Of a stretch of 64,000 nt of DNA, positions 46,340-55,885 are shown piece by piece. The notes below the pieces were generated by a model. The model was not told the DNA's origin and did not search any database. It was given only the letters and a program-made list of their open reading frames with translations. This stretch comes from Myxococcota bacterium (lineage in GTDB: Bacteria > Myxococcota_A > UBA9042 > PHBI01 > JAWLBL01), in contig JAWLBL010000003.1 of the NCBI GenBank assembly GCA_041687695.1, positions 23,660-87,659 of the forward strand, read 5' to 3'. Both the position numbers and the translations under genes were made by a program. Every line of letters begins with the position of its first letter. Positions within the stretch are counted from its first letter, which is position 1.

Positions 46340-48009
46340 GAGGGCCTCCGGGCGTCGAGCTGGGTCGACAGGGACGCGACGCCCAGCGGCTGGGCGCCCG
46401 GGAAGACGGCGTCCCAGTCGAGGCCGGCGTCGAGGGGGGTCGGCTTGACGTCGCCGGCGCGGACGCCGCGCTGGACCTGGCGCGCGACGTAGCGGGCCCA
46501 GCCGTCGGTGACGCGCACGGCGTCGGGGACCCCCAGCTGCCCCAGGCGCCGGCAGTAGTCGTAGTGGGGGTTGTCGCGCAGGCCGGCCTCGAGGCGACCC
46601 AGGGCGTCGCGCACGGCGGCGGCCGGCGCGTCGGTGTCGACGTACAGGCGGTAGCGGGGCGGGGTGGACGCCAGCGGGGCCAGCAGGGCGAAGCGGTGGG
46701 CGAGGCCGGCCTGGTCGGCGGCGCGGGTCAGGGCCTGGCCGACGTGGTGGGCGTTGAGCTTCTCGCCGGCGCGGTCGCTGCCCTTGTCGAGGCGGCCCTC
46801 GAAGCGGACGCGCGGGGTGCGGCCGACCAGGCCGACGCAGCGGACGACGTCTTTGAGGTGATAGCGGTACAGGCCGCCGCCGGTGGTGATGAGCGGGGAG
46901 TAGGCGCCGCCGGGGCGCAGCTCGTGGGCGAGGAGCGGCCGGGCGGCGGGGCGGTCGAGGTCGATGAACTCGAGGAAGTGGCTGGTGACCGCCAGGACGG
47001 CGCCGGAGGCCTGCGGGGACTCGTCGTCTCCATCCCCTGGGGTGGCGTCGGAGCCGGCGCCCCAGGGGATGGAGACGACGCCCTCGGTGGCCAGCAGGCC
47101 CTTGGGCTGCAGCGGGGTGGCGGGGAACCAGCGGCGCAGGTCGGCCAGCTGATCGCGGGCGGGGCCGTCGGCCCAGCAGGAGACGAGGGCGAGGCGCGGC
47201 CAGAGCAGCTCGCCCGTGGGGGGCGCGCCGTCGGGGACGGCGCGGCGCAGGGCGCGGCGGCGGGCGGGGGGCAGGTCGGCCAGCAGGGCGTCCCAGTCGT
47301 CGGCGATGGCCTGCATCAGCAGGGTCAGGAAGCTGGGGCTCCAGACCGAGATGAGGCCCAGGTCGTCGGCGGCCAGCAGCTCGCGGCAGGTGCGGCGGCG
47401 CCAGGCGGTGACGTCGGGCAGGCGGGCGACCTCGGGGGGGACGGCCAGCAGGCGGCGCAGGGCCAGGCGCTCGAGGGGGCCGAAGTACTCGGTGTCGTCG
47501 TCGAAGCCGATGGGCAGGCCGCCGGCGGTGCGCTGGGCGGCGCGGGTGGCGGGCGAGACGGACCAGTAGCTGCGGGTGCCGCGCAGGGCGGGGCGGCGGG
47601 CGTGGAGGTCGTGCAGCCAGGCGCCGGTGGCGGCCGAGAACTCGGCGCGCAGGGCGGCGGTGTAGGGGACGAGCTTGGCGGCGGCGCTCGAGCCGCTCGA
47701 GCGCTCGAACATCAGGGCGGGGGCGCGGGTCAGGACGCGCTGCTCGCCGGCGGCGACGCGGGAGATCCAGGGAGCCAGCGCGTCGTGGTCGGTGACGGGG
47801 ACGCGGTCCTGGAAGGCGGTGACCGAGTCGATGGCGGAGAAATCGTGGCGGCGGCCGTAGTCGGTGTCGGCGTTGGCGGCGACGGTCTGGCGCAGGCGGG
47901 CGGCCTGGGCGGCGGCGGGGGCGCCGAGGGCCTGGCGGAAGCGGCGGGCGGCGGGGGCGAGCGTGGCCTGCCAGACGGACTGGAGGGCGTGCAGGGCGAG
48001 GTCAGCCAA
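46336..48009 (-). CDS. GH3 family acyl-acid amido synthetase-like protein
   Basis: NADTDYGR, FQDRVP, FERSSGS..KLVPYT, LATEG, FLEF, TTGGGLYRYHLKD, FEGR..GEK and NPHY motifs. Confidence 0.9.
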   Translation of the reverse strand: MADLALHALQSVWQATLAPAARRFRQALGAPAAAQAARLRQTVAANADTDYGRRHDFSAIDSVTAFQDRVPVTDHDALAPWISRVAAGEQRVLTRAPALMFERSSGSSAAAKLVPYTAALRAEFSAATGAWLHDLHARRPALRGTRSYWSVSPATRAAQRTAGGLPIGFDDDTEYFGPLERLALRRLLAVPPEVARLPDVTAWRRRTCRELLAADDLGLISVWSPSFLTLLMQAIADDWDALLADLPPARRRALRRAVPDGAPPTGELLWPRLALVSCWADGPARDQLADLRRWFPATPLQPKGLLATEGVVSIPWGAGSDATPGDGDDESPQASGAVLAVTSHFLEFIDLDRPAARPLLAHELRPGGAYSPLITTGGGLYRYHLKDVVRCVGLVGRTPRVRFEGRLDKGSDRAGEKLNAHHVGQALTRAADQAGLAHRFALLAPLASTPPRYRLYVDTDAPAAAVRDALGRLEAGLRDNPHYDYCRRLGQLGVPDAVRVTDGWARYVARQVQRGVRAGDVKPTPLDAGLDWDAVFPGAQPLGVASLSTQLDARRPS

Positions 48010-48772
48010 CGGCGAGGGCCTTTCGGGGGCGGGTGAGGCGGCGGCGGGCGAGCTTGGCGAGGTAGCTGGAGGCCAGATCGAGGCCGATGTGGCCGAGGCA
48101 GACCAGCTCGTCGCCGTGGGCGTGGCCTGGGTTGCGCTGGGCGAAGTAGGCGACGTCGGGGGCGGCGAGCAGGGCCGGGTCGATGGGGGCGACGTCGTCG
48201 CGCAGGCGGCCGGCGGGGCTGGAGAAGCGGAGCAGGCCGAGGTCGGGGCGCCAGGCGTCGCCGAAGCGCTCGCGGGCGAGGGCGTCCATGACGGCGGCCT
48301 GCCAGGCGGGCGTGGGGCGGTCGTGGCGGGGCCAGTGCTCGGGGAAGTTGCGGGTGAGCAGGAGGTAGGTCTTGTAGCCCTTGGTGATGAGGAACCAGTA
48401 GACGGGCGTCAGCGGGTGGGCGGCCTTGACGCGCATCGTGTAGGCGAGGAAGGCGCGCTGCAGGGCGGTCTGGCCCCAGTAGGCGCGGTCGATGACGGTG
48501 TCGCCCGAGAAGACGCAGACGACGCGGCGGCCGTGGACGGCGCGGTCGTAGACCTGCAGGGTCGAAAAGCCGGCGAGGCCGGCGGCCGGGTCCTCGAGCA
48601 GGATGACGTGGTCCTTGGCGGCGAGATCGCGCTGGAAGGTGGGGCGGTCGACGTCGGCGTAGTAGCGGGCGAACAGGGCCCAAAGGGCGTCCTGGACGTG
48701 GGGCGTCAGGGCGCGGACGGGGACGGTGCGGGCGCGCAGGCGGCCGAGGGTGGGGCGGGGGTCGGTGGTCAT
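48002..48772 (-). CDS. Uncharacterised GNAT-like protein coupled to GH3
   Basis: LFARYY, FQRDL..KD, GFST, FSGDTVID..YWG, YWFLITKGYKTY, NPG..GDELVC. Overlaps both neighbours. Confidence 0.75.
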   Translation of the reverse strand: MTTDPRPTLGRLRARTVPVRALTPHVQDALWALFARYYADVDRPTFQRDLAAKDHVILLEDPAAGLAGFSTLQVYDRAVHGRRVVCVFSGDTVIDRAYWGQTALQRAFLAYTMRVKAAHPLTPVYWFLITKGYKTYLLLTRNFPEHWPRHDRPTPAWQAAVMDALARERFGDAWRPDLGLLRFSSPAGRLRDDVAPIDPALLAAPDVAYFAQRNPGHAHGDELVCLGHIGLDLASSYLAKLARRRLTRPRKALAVG

Positions 48773-50430
48773 GCGAGGGCCAGGGCGCGGGCGGCGTCGC
48801 GGTCGAGGCGGCGCTGGGTGAAGCGGCGGAGGGCGCCGAAGGTGGCCTTGACCAGCGGGGTCGAGGCGGCGACGTCGCGCTGGAACGCGAGCAGGGCGGG
48901 GCGGTCGGCCATGTCGTAGGTGAGGATGCCGGGGTAGAAGAGGCCGCCCTGCAGCGCGTGGCCGCCGTGCATCATCTGGTCGTCGATGTGGCGCATCCAG
49001 CGGCCGACCTCGGTCGAGGCCATGGTGGCGTGGCGCCAGTAGGGGGCCGAGGAGCGGCCGCCGGTGGTGGTGACGAGGTCGAAGCGGGCGCGGCTGTCGG
49101 GTGAGAGGATGGGGACGTACTCGACGCGGGTGTTGAAGGGGGCGGCGTAGTAGAAGTCGGGCGGGGCGTCGCGGAGGAAGGCGACGGTCTCGCGGACGGT
49201 GGTCGGGGTCTCGCCCGGGAAGCCGACGATGACGGTGACCAGGGTCGTCAGGCCGGCCTCGCGGCAGTGCAGGAGGCCGCGGCGCATGGCCTGGACGGTG
49301 GCGCGCTTGTTCATGTGGTCGAGCATGCGCTGGCTGCCCGACTCGACGCCGATCTGGACCTGGTGGCAGCCGGCGGCCTTCATCAGGCGGACGGTGTCGA
49401 GGTCGTCGAGGTCGTCGGCGCGGGCGTAGCAGATCCAGCGCAGGCGGGTGCCGTCGGCGAGCAGGCGCTCGCAGAGCTCGACGAGGCGCCGCTTGGGCAT
49501 GGTGAAGAGGCTGTCCAAGCAGGTGACGTACTCGGCGCCGTCGTCGGCGAGGGCGCGCCAGTCGGCGGCGATGCGGGCGGCGCTCTTGGTGCGGAACTTG
49601 GTGTCGTCGAACAGGTACGGGTAGTTGCAGAACGAGCAGCGGTAGGGGCAGCCGCGGACCGACTCGTAGTGGACCATGCGGAAGCGGCGGCCGTGGACGG
49701 CGCCGGCGAGGCGCCAGTCGGGCTCGGGCAGGTCGTCGAGGCTGAGCGAGCGCGGGACGCCGCTGTGGAGGACGTCGGTGGCGCCGGCGCGCTCGAGGCG
49801 GCCGCCGTCGGGCGGGGTCAGGCGCTGGTAGCCGCTGCGGATCCAGGCGGCGAGGGCGGGGACGAGGCGCTCGCCGTAGCCGACGGCGAGGACGTCGAGG
49901 CCGGGGCAGCCGGGCCATTCGCGGTGCAGGATGCCGGCCAGGGCGCCGCCCGCGACCACGCGGTTCCAGGGCCGGTCGAGCATGCGCACCATCGGCTCGA
50001 GCTCGCTCAGATCCCGCAGCAGCGTGGTCGAGGCGAAGACGCAGTCGGTCGCGCCCAGCAGGCGCTCGCGGCGCGCCGGGTCGGCGTACAGCTCGGCGTA
50101 GGTGGCGACCTCGAAGCCCAGCCCCTCGTCGCGCAGCAGGGTGCACAGCGAGACCTCGGTCAGCTCGGGCGCGTCCAGGGTCGGGTCCTCGGTGAAGAAG
50201 CGCTCGACCGCCGCCCGATAGGGCGCGCGCCGGAACGCAGCCGACCGCCTCAGGCGTTGGCTCGCCACCAGGTGCTCGGCCGCCAGCACCTTGTACTGCA
50301 CGTCCAGCCACGCCCCGCTCGACGCCCGGAACGCCTCGACCTGCTTCCTCACCGCCTGGACGAGCGAGCGCTCCTTGACGCTGAGCAGTCCCCCGGTCAC
50401 CACCAGGACCCTGGGTTGTCGCTGAATCAA
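48769..50430 (-). CDS. Cobalamin-binding-type radical SAM enzyme
   Basis: RGCPYRCSFC (CX3CX2C), GVESGS, IVGFPGET, and an N-terminal VVAGG...VGYGE B12-binding-like domain. TTG start after GGAG. Confidence 0.88.
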   Translation of the reverse strand: MIQRQPRVLVVTGGLLSVKERSLVQAVRKQVEAFRASSGAWLDVQYKVLAAEHLVASQRLRRSAAFRRAPYRAAVERFFTEDPTLDAPELTEVSLCTLLRDEGLGFEVATYAELYADPARRERLLGATDCVFASTTLLRDLSELEPMVRMLDRPWNRVVAGGALAGILHREWPGCPGLDVLAVGYGERLVPALAAWIRSGYQRLTPPDGGRLERAGATDVLHSGVPRSLSLDDLPEPDWRLAGAVHGRRFRMVHYESVRGCPYRCSFCNYPYLFDDTKFRTKSAARIAADWRALADDGAEYVTCLDSLFTMPKRRLVELCERLLADGTRLRWICYARADDLDDLDTVRLMKAAGCHQVQIGVESGSQRMLDHMNKRATVQAMRRGLLHCREAGLTTLVTVIVGFPGETPTTVRETVAFLRDAPPDFYYAAPFNTRVEYVPILSPDSRARFDLVTTTGGRSSAPYWRHATMASTEVGRWMRHIDDQMMHGGHALQGGLFYPGILTYDMADRPALLAFQRDVAASTPLVKATFGALRRFTQRRLDRDAARALALA

Positions 50431-50504
50431 ATCACGCTCCGCGCACGCTCGCTTTCGAGAGCCGCCATGATAGAGATTGGTCGCGTCCCTAGGAAGCCCC
50501 ACCC

Positions 50505-51533
50505 GTGAACGCCGCTCCCGCCCCGATCCCTCCGCCCGCCGACGCCCTCGAGGCCGCCCTCGACGCCGCCCAGGACGCCGACGTCGCCGCCGGCCCTCGC
50601 CTGAGCCGCGCCTCCGTCCCCCGCGACCTCCTCGGCAAGGCCAGCGTCCCCGCCCTGCTGCGCTGGGCCGCCCTCGACTGGCTCCTCATCGCCGTCTGCT
50701 GGCTCAGCCTCGCCCTCACGCCGCCCTGGCTCTACCCCGCCTGGGTCTTCCTCGTCGCCGGCCGCCTCCACGCCCTCGGCGTCCTCCTCCACGACGCCTG
50801 CCACCTGCGCCTGCCCCGCAAGACCCCCGCCGCCCGCCTCCTCGAGCTCCTCGCCGGCTACCCCATCGCGTCCACCCTCGACGCCATGCGCTACCACCAC
50901 CTGCGCCACCACCGCGACAGCGGCATGCCCACCGACCCCTACTTCAAGGCCTCCGTCCGCGACAGCCGCCCCATGTTCCTCCTCATGTGGCTCCGCAGCC
51001 TCCTCCTCGTCCCCTGGTGGACCCTCCGCGCCCCCTTCGGCCTGCTCGCCCTCGCCGCGCCCCCCCTCCGCAACTTCTACGGCCGCGCCTTCCTCCAGGA
51101 CCGCTCCGGCGACGACCTCACCCACCACCCCGAGCTCCTCGCCTGCGCCCGCGCCGAGCTCGGCCAATTCGCCTTCCAGGCCGCCGTCCTCGCCGCCGCC
51201 CTCGCCTGGCCCGGCCCCGTCACCTTCGGCTACCTCGTCCCCGCCGTCGTCACCGGCCTCCTCGCCGGCTACCGCATCCTGCTCGAGCACGACTACACCC
51301 CCGCCGCCGACCGCAAGATGACCACCATCCTGGCCACCACCCAGGACCACCACCTCGCCCCCTGGGGCCGCCTCTTCTTCGCCCCCCACCACGTCGGCCA
51401 CCACGTCGTCCACCACCTCCACCCCCAGGTCGCCTTCTGGCACCTCCCCCGCCTGCGCGCCTGGTACCGCCAGCACCACCCCTCCCTGTACCCGCCCGAG
51501 TACCCCAAGAACCTCCGCCGCGAGGCCGCGTGA
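50505..51533 (+). CDS. Membrane fatty acid desaturase family protein
   Basis: His boxes HDACH, HHLRHH, EH and HHVVHH, with TM helices. Confidence 0.9.
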   Translation: MNAAPAPIPPPADALEAALDAAQDADVAAGPRLSRASVPRDLLGKASVPALLRWAALDWLLIAVCWLSLALTPPWLYPAWVFLVAGRLHALGVLLHDACHLRLPRKTPAARLLELLAGYPIASTLDAMRYHHLRHHRDSGMPTDPYFKASVRDSRPMFLLMWLRSLLLVPWWTLRAPFGLLALAAPPLRNFYGRAFLQDRSGDDLTHHPELLACARAELGQFAFQAAVLAAALAWPGPVTFGYLVPAVVTGLLAGYRILLEHDYTPAADRKMTTILATTQDHHLAPWGRLFFAPHHVGHHVVHHLHPQVAFWHLPRLRAWYRQHHPSLYPPEYPKNLRREAA

Positions 51534-52879
51534 TCCGCAGGATCCTCGCCACCCTGCTCCGCCGCGCCCACCGCCGCCTCGAGGCCGCCGACGCCGCCCC
51601 CCGCGCCGCCCAGGCCGCCGTCCACCGCCGCCTCGCCCGCGCCCTGGCCGGCACCCAGGCCGCCGCCCTCCACCCCGCCGCCGCCTGGGCCGACCTCGAC
51701 GCCTGGCGCGACCATGTCCGCCTCACCACCCACGCCGACTACGCCCCCCTCATCGCCCAGGCCCTCGCCGCCCCCCTCCCCGGCGCCTTCGAGCGCCGCC
51801 CCACCGCCGCCTTCGCCACGTCTACCAGCGGCGCCAAGCACACCCCCTACACCCGCGCCCACTTCGCCAGCCTCCGCGCCTTCCAATCCGCCGTCCTGGG
51901 CCAGGCCCTGGTCGGCCGCGATCTGACCGCCCTCCTCGACGGCCGCGCCCTGGTCGTCCAAGGCAGCCTCGAGCTCGCCCGCACCCCCGGCGGCGCCCTG
52001 ACCGGCTACTCGACCGCCCTCATGGTCGCCACCGCCCCCTGGATGTTGCGCCGCAGCATGAGCCCTCCGCTCGAGGTCCTGCGCGCCCCCGACCCGGCCA
52101 CCCGCCTGTCCGGCGTCCGCGACGCTCTCGTCACCGCCCGCCCCACCGCCCTGTCCGGCATCCCCGAGTACGTCGTCGGCGCCCTGCGCCACCTGCTCGC
52201 CGGCCCCGACGCCGAAGCCGTCCGCGACGCGCTGGCCGCCGTGCGCCTGTACGCCTGGTCCGGCACCCCGCTGGGCCCGCTGCGCGCCTTCCTGCAGGCC
52301 CACCTCGCCCCCGGCGCCGCCCTCTTCGACGCCGTCAGCGCCACCGAGGGCCCGCTGGGCGTGCAGGCCGAGGCCCCCGGCGTCTACCGCCTGGCCCTGC
52401 CGCACGTCCTGCTGCTGTTCGTCGCAACCGACGACCCCGACCACCGCGCCCTCGCCCACCAGCTGACGCCCGGCCGCGACTACGCCGTGCACCTGGGCAG
52501 CTTCTCGGGCCTTTCGGGCTACGCCACCGGCGACCGCGTCCACGTCCTGTCGACCGACCCGGTGCGCTTTGCCCTCCTGCCCCGCCAGCTCGACGTAGAG
52601 GCCGCCTGGCGTGCCCTCGGCCCCGAGACGACCGACTTCCGGCTCTTCCGCGACGCCACGGCCGGCCTCACGGCCCTGATCGAGCGCCCCAGCGCCCCCG
52701 ACGCCGCCGCGCTGGCCACCCTGGCCGCGCTGGCCGGCGCCTCGACGGCCACCGCGCACCTGCTGCCCCCCGGCCACCTCACCCGCGCCGCCTTCACCTT
52801 CAACCCCCTGGGCCTGGTCAAGCTCCCCTGGCTCTCCTCGCGTCCCGACCTCGCGGCGCGTATCCTGGCCCTGCCATGA
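51530..52879 (+). CDS. Divergent GH3 family protein
   Basis: GTGA overlap. FATSTSGAKHTPYT, SGIP, SATEG and SGLSGYATGD motifs; shortened C-terminus. Confidence 0.75.
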   Translation: MIRRILATLLRRAHRRLEAADAAPRAAQAAVHRRLARALAGTQAAALHPAAAWADLDAWRDHVRLTTHADYAPLIAQALAAPLPGAFERRPTAAFATSTSGAKHTPYTRAHFASLRAFQSAVLGQALVGRDLTALLDGRALVVQGSLELARTPGGALTGYSTALMVATAPWMLRRSMSPPLEVLRAPDPATRLSGVRDALVTARPTALSGIPEYVVGALRHLLAGPDAEAVRDALAAVRLYAWSGTPLGPLRAFLQAHLAPGAALFDAVSATEGPLGVQAEAPGVYRLALPHVLLLFVATDDPDHRALAHQLTPGRDYAVHLGSFSGLSGYATGDRVHVLSTDPVRFALLPRQLDVEAAWRALGPETTDFRLFRDATAGLTALIERPSAPDAAALATLAALAGASTATAHLLPPGHLTRAAFTFNPLGLVKLPWLSSRPDLAARILALP

Positions 52880-53871
52880 CGACCGCCTCCCCCACCGCCC
52901 TGCGCGCCCAGGCCCGCGAGGGCGCCTACCCCGTCCCCGGGCGCCTCAACCTGGCCCTCACCCTGGCGCAGGTCGGCGGCTCGGTGGCCCTGCTCTGGCT
53001 GGCCTCGCACGCGACCAGCGCCCTCGTCCTCGCCCTGGCGGTGGCCGCCTTCGCCTTCCTGATGCAGATGGGCTTCTCGCTCATCCACGAGGCCGAGCAC
53101 GACAAGCTCCACCCCAGCCGCCTCGTCAACGACGCCCAGGGCGTCCTGCTGGCGGCCCTGTTCCCCGGCAGCTACCAGTTCATGAAGGTGGCCCACCTGG
53201 CCCACCACCGAAAGAACCGCGCCGACGCCGAGCTGGTCGACTACTGGCGCCCCGGTGAGCGGCCCTGGCTCAAGGGGCTGCAGTACTACCTGCTCATCTG
53301 CGGCCTGGTCTGGGTGGGCGTCCCGCTGCTCACCGTCGTCATCGCCCTGACGCCCGAGGCGTTGCTGCGCCGCAACAATCGGCCGGCCGGGGCCGCGCCC
53401 GCGGACGAGACCAAGGCCTCGTCGGCCCAGCTCTACCTGGCTTTTTTGCGCGAGGCCCGTCCCTGGCGCGTCCGCGCCGAGCTGGCCTTCACCCTGGCCC
53501 TGTGGTGGGCCCTGTTCGCCGGGCTGGGGCTGACCTGGTCGGCGGTCGGCTGGTGTTACGCCGCCTTCGCCTTCAGCTGGGCCAGCCAGCAGTACATCTA
53601 CCACATCCGCACCCCGCGCCATCTCGTCGAGGGGGCGCTGAACCTGCGCCTGCACGCGCCGCTGCGCCTGCTGTACCTGAACTTCAACTACCACCTGACC
53701 CATCACCGCGCCCCCAAGGTGCCGTGGCTGCACCTGCCCGCCGCGACCGGCGAGCCGCCGTCCCAGCCGTACTGGCGCACCTACCTGAGGCTGTGGGCCC
53801 CGCCGCAGCCCGTGGCGATGGCCCACCCGGTCGAGCACCAGACCAAGGGGCCGCTGCCGCCGCGCGCGTGA
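52876..53871 (+). CDS. Membrane fatty acid desaturase family protein
   Basis: ATGA overlap. HEAEH, HLAHH, QYIYH and NYHLTHH His boxes. Confidence 0.9.
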   Translation: MTTASPTALRAQAREGAYPVPGRLNLALTLAQVGGSVALLWLASHATSALVLALAVAAFAFLMQMGFSLIHEAEHDKLHPSRLVNDAQGVLLAALFPGSYQFMKVAHLAHHRKNRADAELVDYWRPGERPWLKGLQYYLLICGLVWVGVPLLTVVIALTPEALLRRNNRPAGAAPADETKASSAQLYLAFLREARPWRVRAELAFTLALWWALFAGLGLTWSAVGWCYAAFAFSWASQQYIYHIRTPRHLVEGALNLRLHAPLRLLYLNFNYHLTHHRAPKVPWLHLPAATGEPPSQPYWRTYLRLWAPPQPVAMAHPVEHQTKGPLPPRA

Positions 53872-53888
53872 GCCGCAGGCGGGGCGTC

Positions 53889-54058
53889 CGAGGCCGAGAG
53901 CGTGGCCGTGGCGGACCGGAGGCCGTGGCCGTGGCCGTGAGCCGTGGCCGAGGCCGTGAGCCGTGGCCGAGGCGGTGGCCGTGGCCGCGAGCCGAGGCCG
54001 TGAGCCGTGGCGGAGGCGGTGGCCGTGGGCGTGCCGTGAGCCGTGGCCGAGCCTGGCC
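53889..54058. repeat. Degenerate GCCGTG/GCCGAG hexamer array with GAGCCGTG units
   Basis: Fills the gap between the convergent desaturase and hydrolase genes. Confidence 0.8.
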
Positions 54059-54059
54059 G

Positions 54060-54968
54060 TCAGGTCGCTGCGCTGGCCTGGGCGCGTAGCCAGGCGGCGA
54101 CGGCGCGCCACAGGGGTTGGCTGGCGGTCGAGGTGACGAGGCCCATGTGGTCGGGCGGGCGCTGGGCCAGCTCGGGGAGGTCGCCGCCGGGGCCGAGGCG
54201 CCAGCCGTGGCGGTGGGGCAGGCGGGCGCCGAAGGCCAGGGCCGCGGCGGGGCGGGCGAGCAGGCGGTCGCCGTCGCTGGAGACGTGCAGGACCGGGCAG
54301 CGCACGGCCTCGAGGCCGGCGTGGTAGTCGAAGCCGTCGCGGGCGTGCCAGCGGCCGGTGAAGGCGAAGCCGCACAGGTCGCGCCAGTACTCGGGGGCCT
54401 CGTCGGCCGGGCCGATGCGCAGCCGGCGCGCCGGCAGGTGCCCCGCGGCGCGGACCAGGCCGGTCGACAGGCGCAGGACGGAGGCCTTGGCCGCCCACAG
54501 GAGCGGCGAGGGCTCGAAGCGGCGCGCCCAGAGGCCGACGCCCACCGCCGCGAAGGCCGCCACCGGCGCGTCGGGGTGCCGCCCCAGCCAGGCCAGCGCG
54601 GTGTGGCCGAACAGGCTGTGGCCCAGCAGCGTCACCGGGCCGGCGTCCAGGCCTCGCGCCAGCTCCAGGTAGATCGCCGTGTCCGCCACGAGGTCGTCGT
54701 AGCCCCAGCGTCCGCCCTCGCGCGGGGTCGGCCCGCTGGCGCCGTGGCCGCGCAGATCGGGCACCAGCACCCGCAGCCCGGCGTCCACCAGCGCGCCCGC
54801 CAGGCTGGGCCGGTCGGGGTGCGCCAGGGTCCGCCGGTCGGCCATCATCGCGTGCCCGGCCACCACCACGCCCGCCGGGGTCCCTGCGGGCGCGTAGTCC
54901 AGCACGCTCAGCCGCCAGCCGTCGGCGGCGCGCAGCGTGTGAGTGGCCGGCTTCGGCAGCGTCGTCAC
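54060..54968 (-). CDS. Alpha/beta hydrolase
   Basis: RAADGWRL, DLRGHG, GHSLFG nucleophile elbow, SDGDRL and DHMGL. GTGA-coupled to the upstream gene. Confidence 0.85.
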   Translation of the reverse strand: MTTLPKPATHTLRAADGWRLSVLDYAPAGTPAGVVVAGHAMMADRRTLAHPDRPSLAGALVDAGLRVLVPDLRGHGASGPTPREGGRWGYDDLVADTAIYLELARGLDAGPVTLLGHSLFGHTALAWLGRHPDAPVAAFAAVGVGLWARRFEPSPLLWAAKASVLRLSTGLVRAAGHLPARRLRIGPADEAPEYWRDLCGFAFTGRWHARDGFDYHAGLEAVRCPVLHVSSDGDRLLARPAAALAFGARLPHRHGWRLGPGGDLPELAQRPPDHMGLVTSTASQPLWRAVAAWLRAQASAAT

Positions 54969-55885
54969 GCCGCGCCGCCCGCCGCGAAGCGCACTCGGCA
55001 CACCCGTGGGCCTCCGCGGTCCAGCCGCAGCTCGCGCAGCGCCACCCGCGCCAGCGCCGGCGCGCCGTCGACCTCGGTCAGCGACAGCTCGAGCAGCGCG
55101 CCCTCGCCCATGTCGCGCAGCTTCACCTCGGTCGCGAAGTTCCCCAGCGACCAGGCCACCACCCGCCCGTCGTCCAGCCGCTCGAGCGGCTGCGGCAGGT
55201 GGCTGTGGTGCCCCGCGATCAGCGCGTAGCCCGACGGCACCCGCGCGCGCTGCCCCGCCCGGGCCCGCCGCTCGAGCTCGTGCCCCCAGTGCGGGAACGC
55301 CAGGTGCACCCCCGGCTCGGCCGGAGCGCCGGGGTCGCGCCGCGCCACCATGGGCGCCGGGCCGTTGGCCCACTCGGTCCACGCGGTGACCGTCACGCCA
55401 GGCCGGAGCGTCACCCGAGGCCGCGCGGTGGCCCCGACGTGCGCGAAGCCGCCGGCCTCGAGCCGCCGCAGCGTCGCCTCGAAGGCCTGGGGCCCGTAGT
55501 CCGGCGCGTGGTTGTTGGCGACGCCCAGCACCCAGCGCGAAGGCGGCGCCAGGGCGGCCAGCCGGTCGAGCACGCTGGGCAGGTGCTTTTGCAGGAACGG
55601 GAACCACGGCGCGTCGGTGAAGACGCCCTCGAGGTTGGCGACCACGTGGTCGGCCCGGCCGATGGCCGCCGCCACGTCGGGCGCGACCTCGAGCCGCCGC
55701 CACATCAGCGGCATCACGTCGCCCAGCACCACCACCCGCGCGGTCACCGGCGCCTCGGCGGCCAGCACCACCTCGGCGTCCAGCGCGCCCGCCTTCAGCT
55801 CGGGCGTCGGCGCGCCGGCCCACATCCGCCACGCGAAGCCCGCCAGCTCACGCGCCGGGTACGGGCTCCGGGGCAGGCGGATCAC
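54965..55885 (-). CDS. CapA/PGA_cap family metallophosphoesterase
   Basis: LGDVM, ANLEG, ANNHAPDYG, HWGHE, GHHSH and SLGNF motifs. Confidence 0.85.
   Translation of the reverse strand: MIRLPRSPYPARELAGFAWRMWAGAPTPELKAGALDAEVVLAAEAPVTARVVVLGDVMPLMWRRLEVAPDVAAAIGRADHVVANLEGVFTDAPWFPFLQKHLPSVLDRLAALAPPSRWVLGVANNHAPDYGPQAFEATLRRLEAGGFAHVGATARPRVTLRPGVTVTAWTEWANGPAPMVARRDPGAPAEPGVHLAFPHWGHELERRARAGQRARVPSGYALIAGHHSHLPQPLERLDDGRVVAWSLGNFATEVKLRDMGEGALLELSLTEVDGAPALARVALRELRLDRGGPRVCRVRFAAGGAA

Noticed and set aside
50505..53871. Canonical polyyne/terminal-alkyne cluster
   Set aside because: No fatty acyl-AMP ligase, ACP, thioesterase fusion or rubredoxin is seen, so it is not the known architecture.
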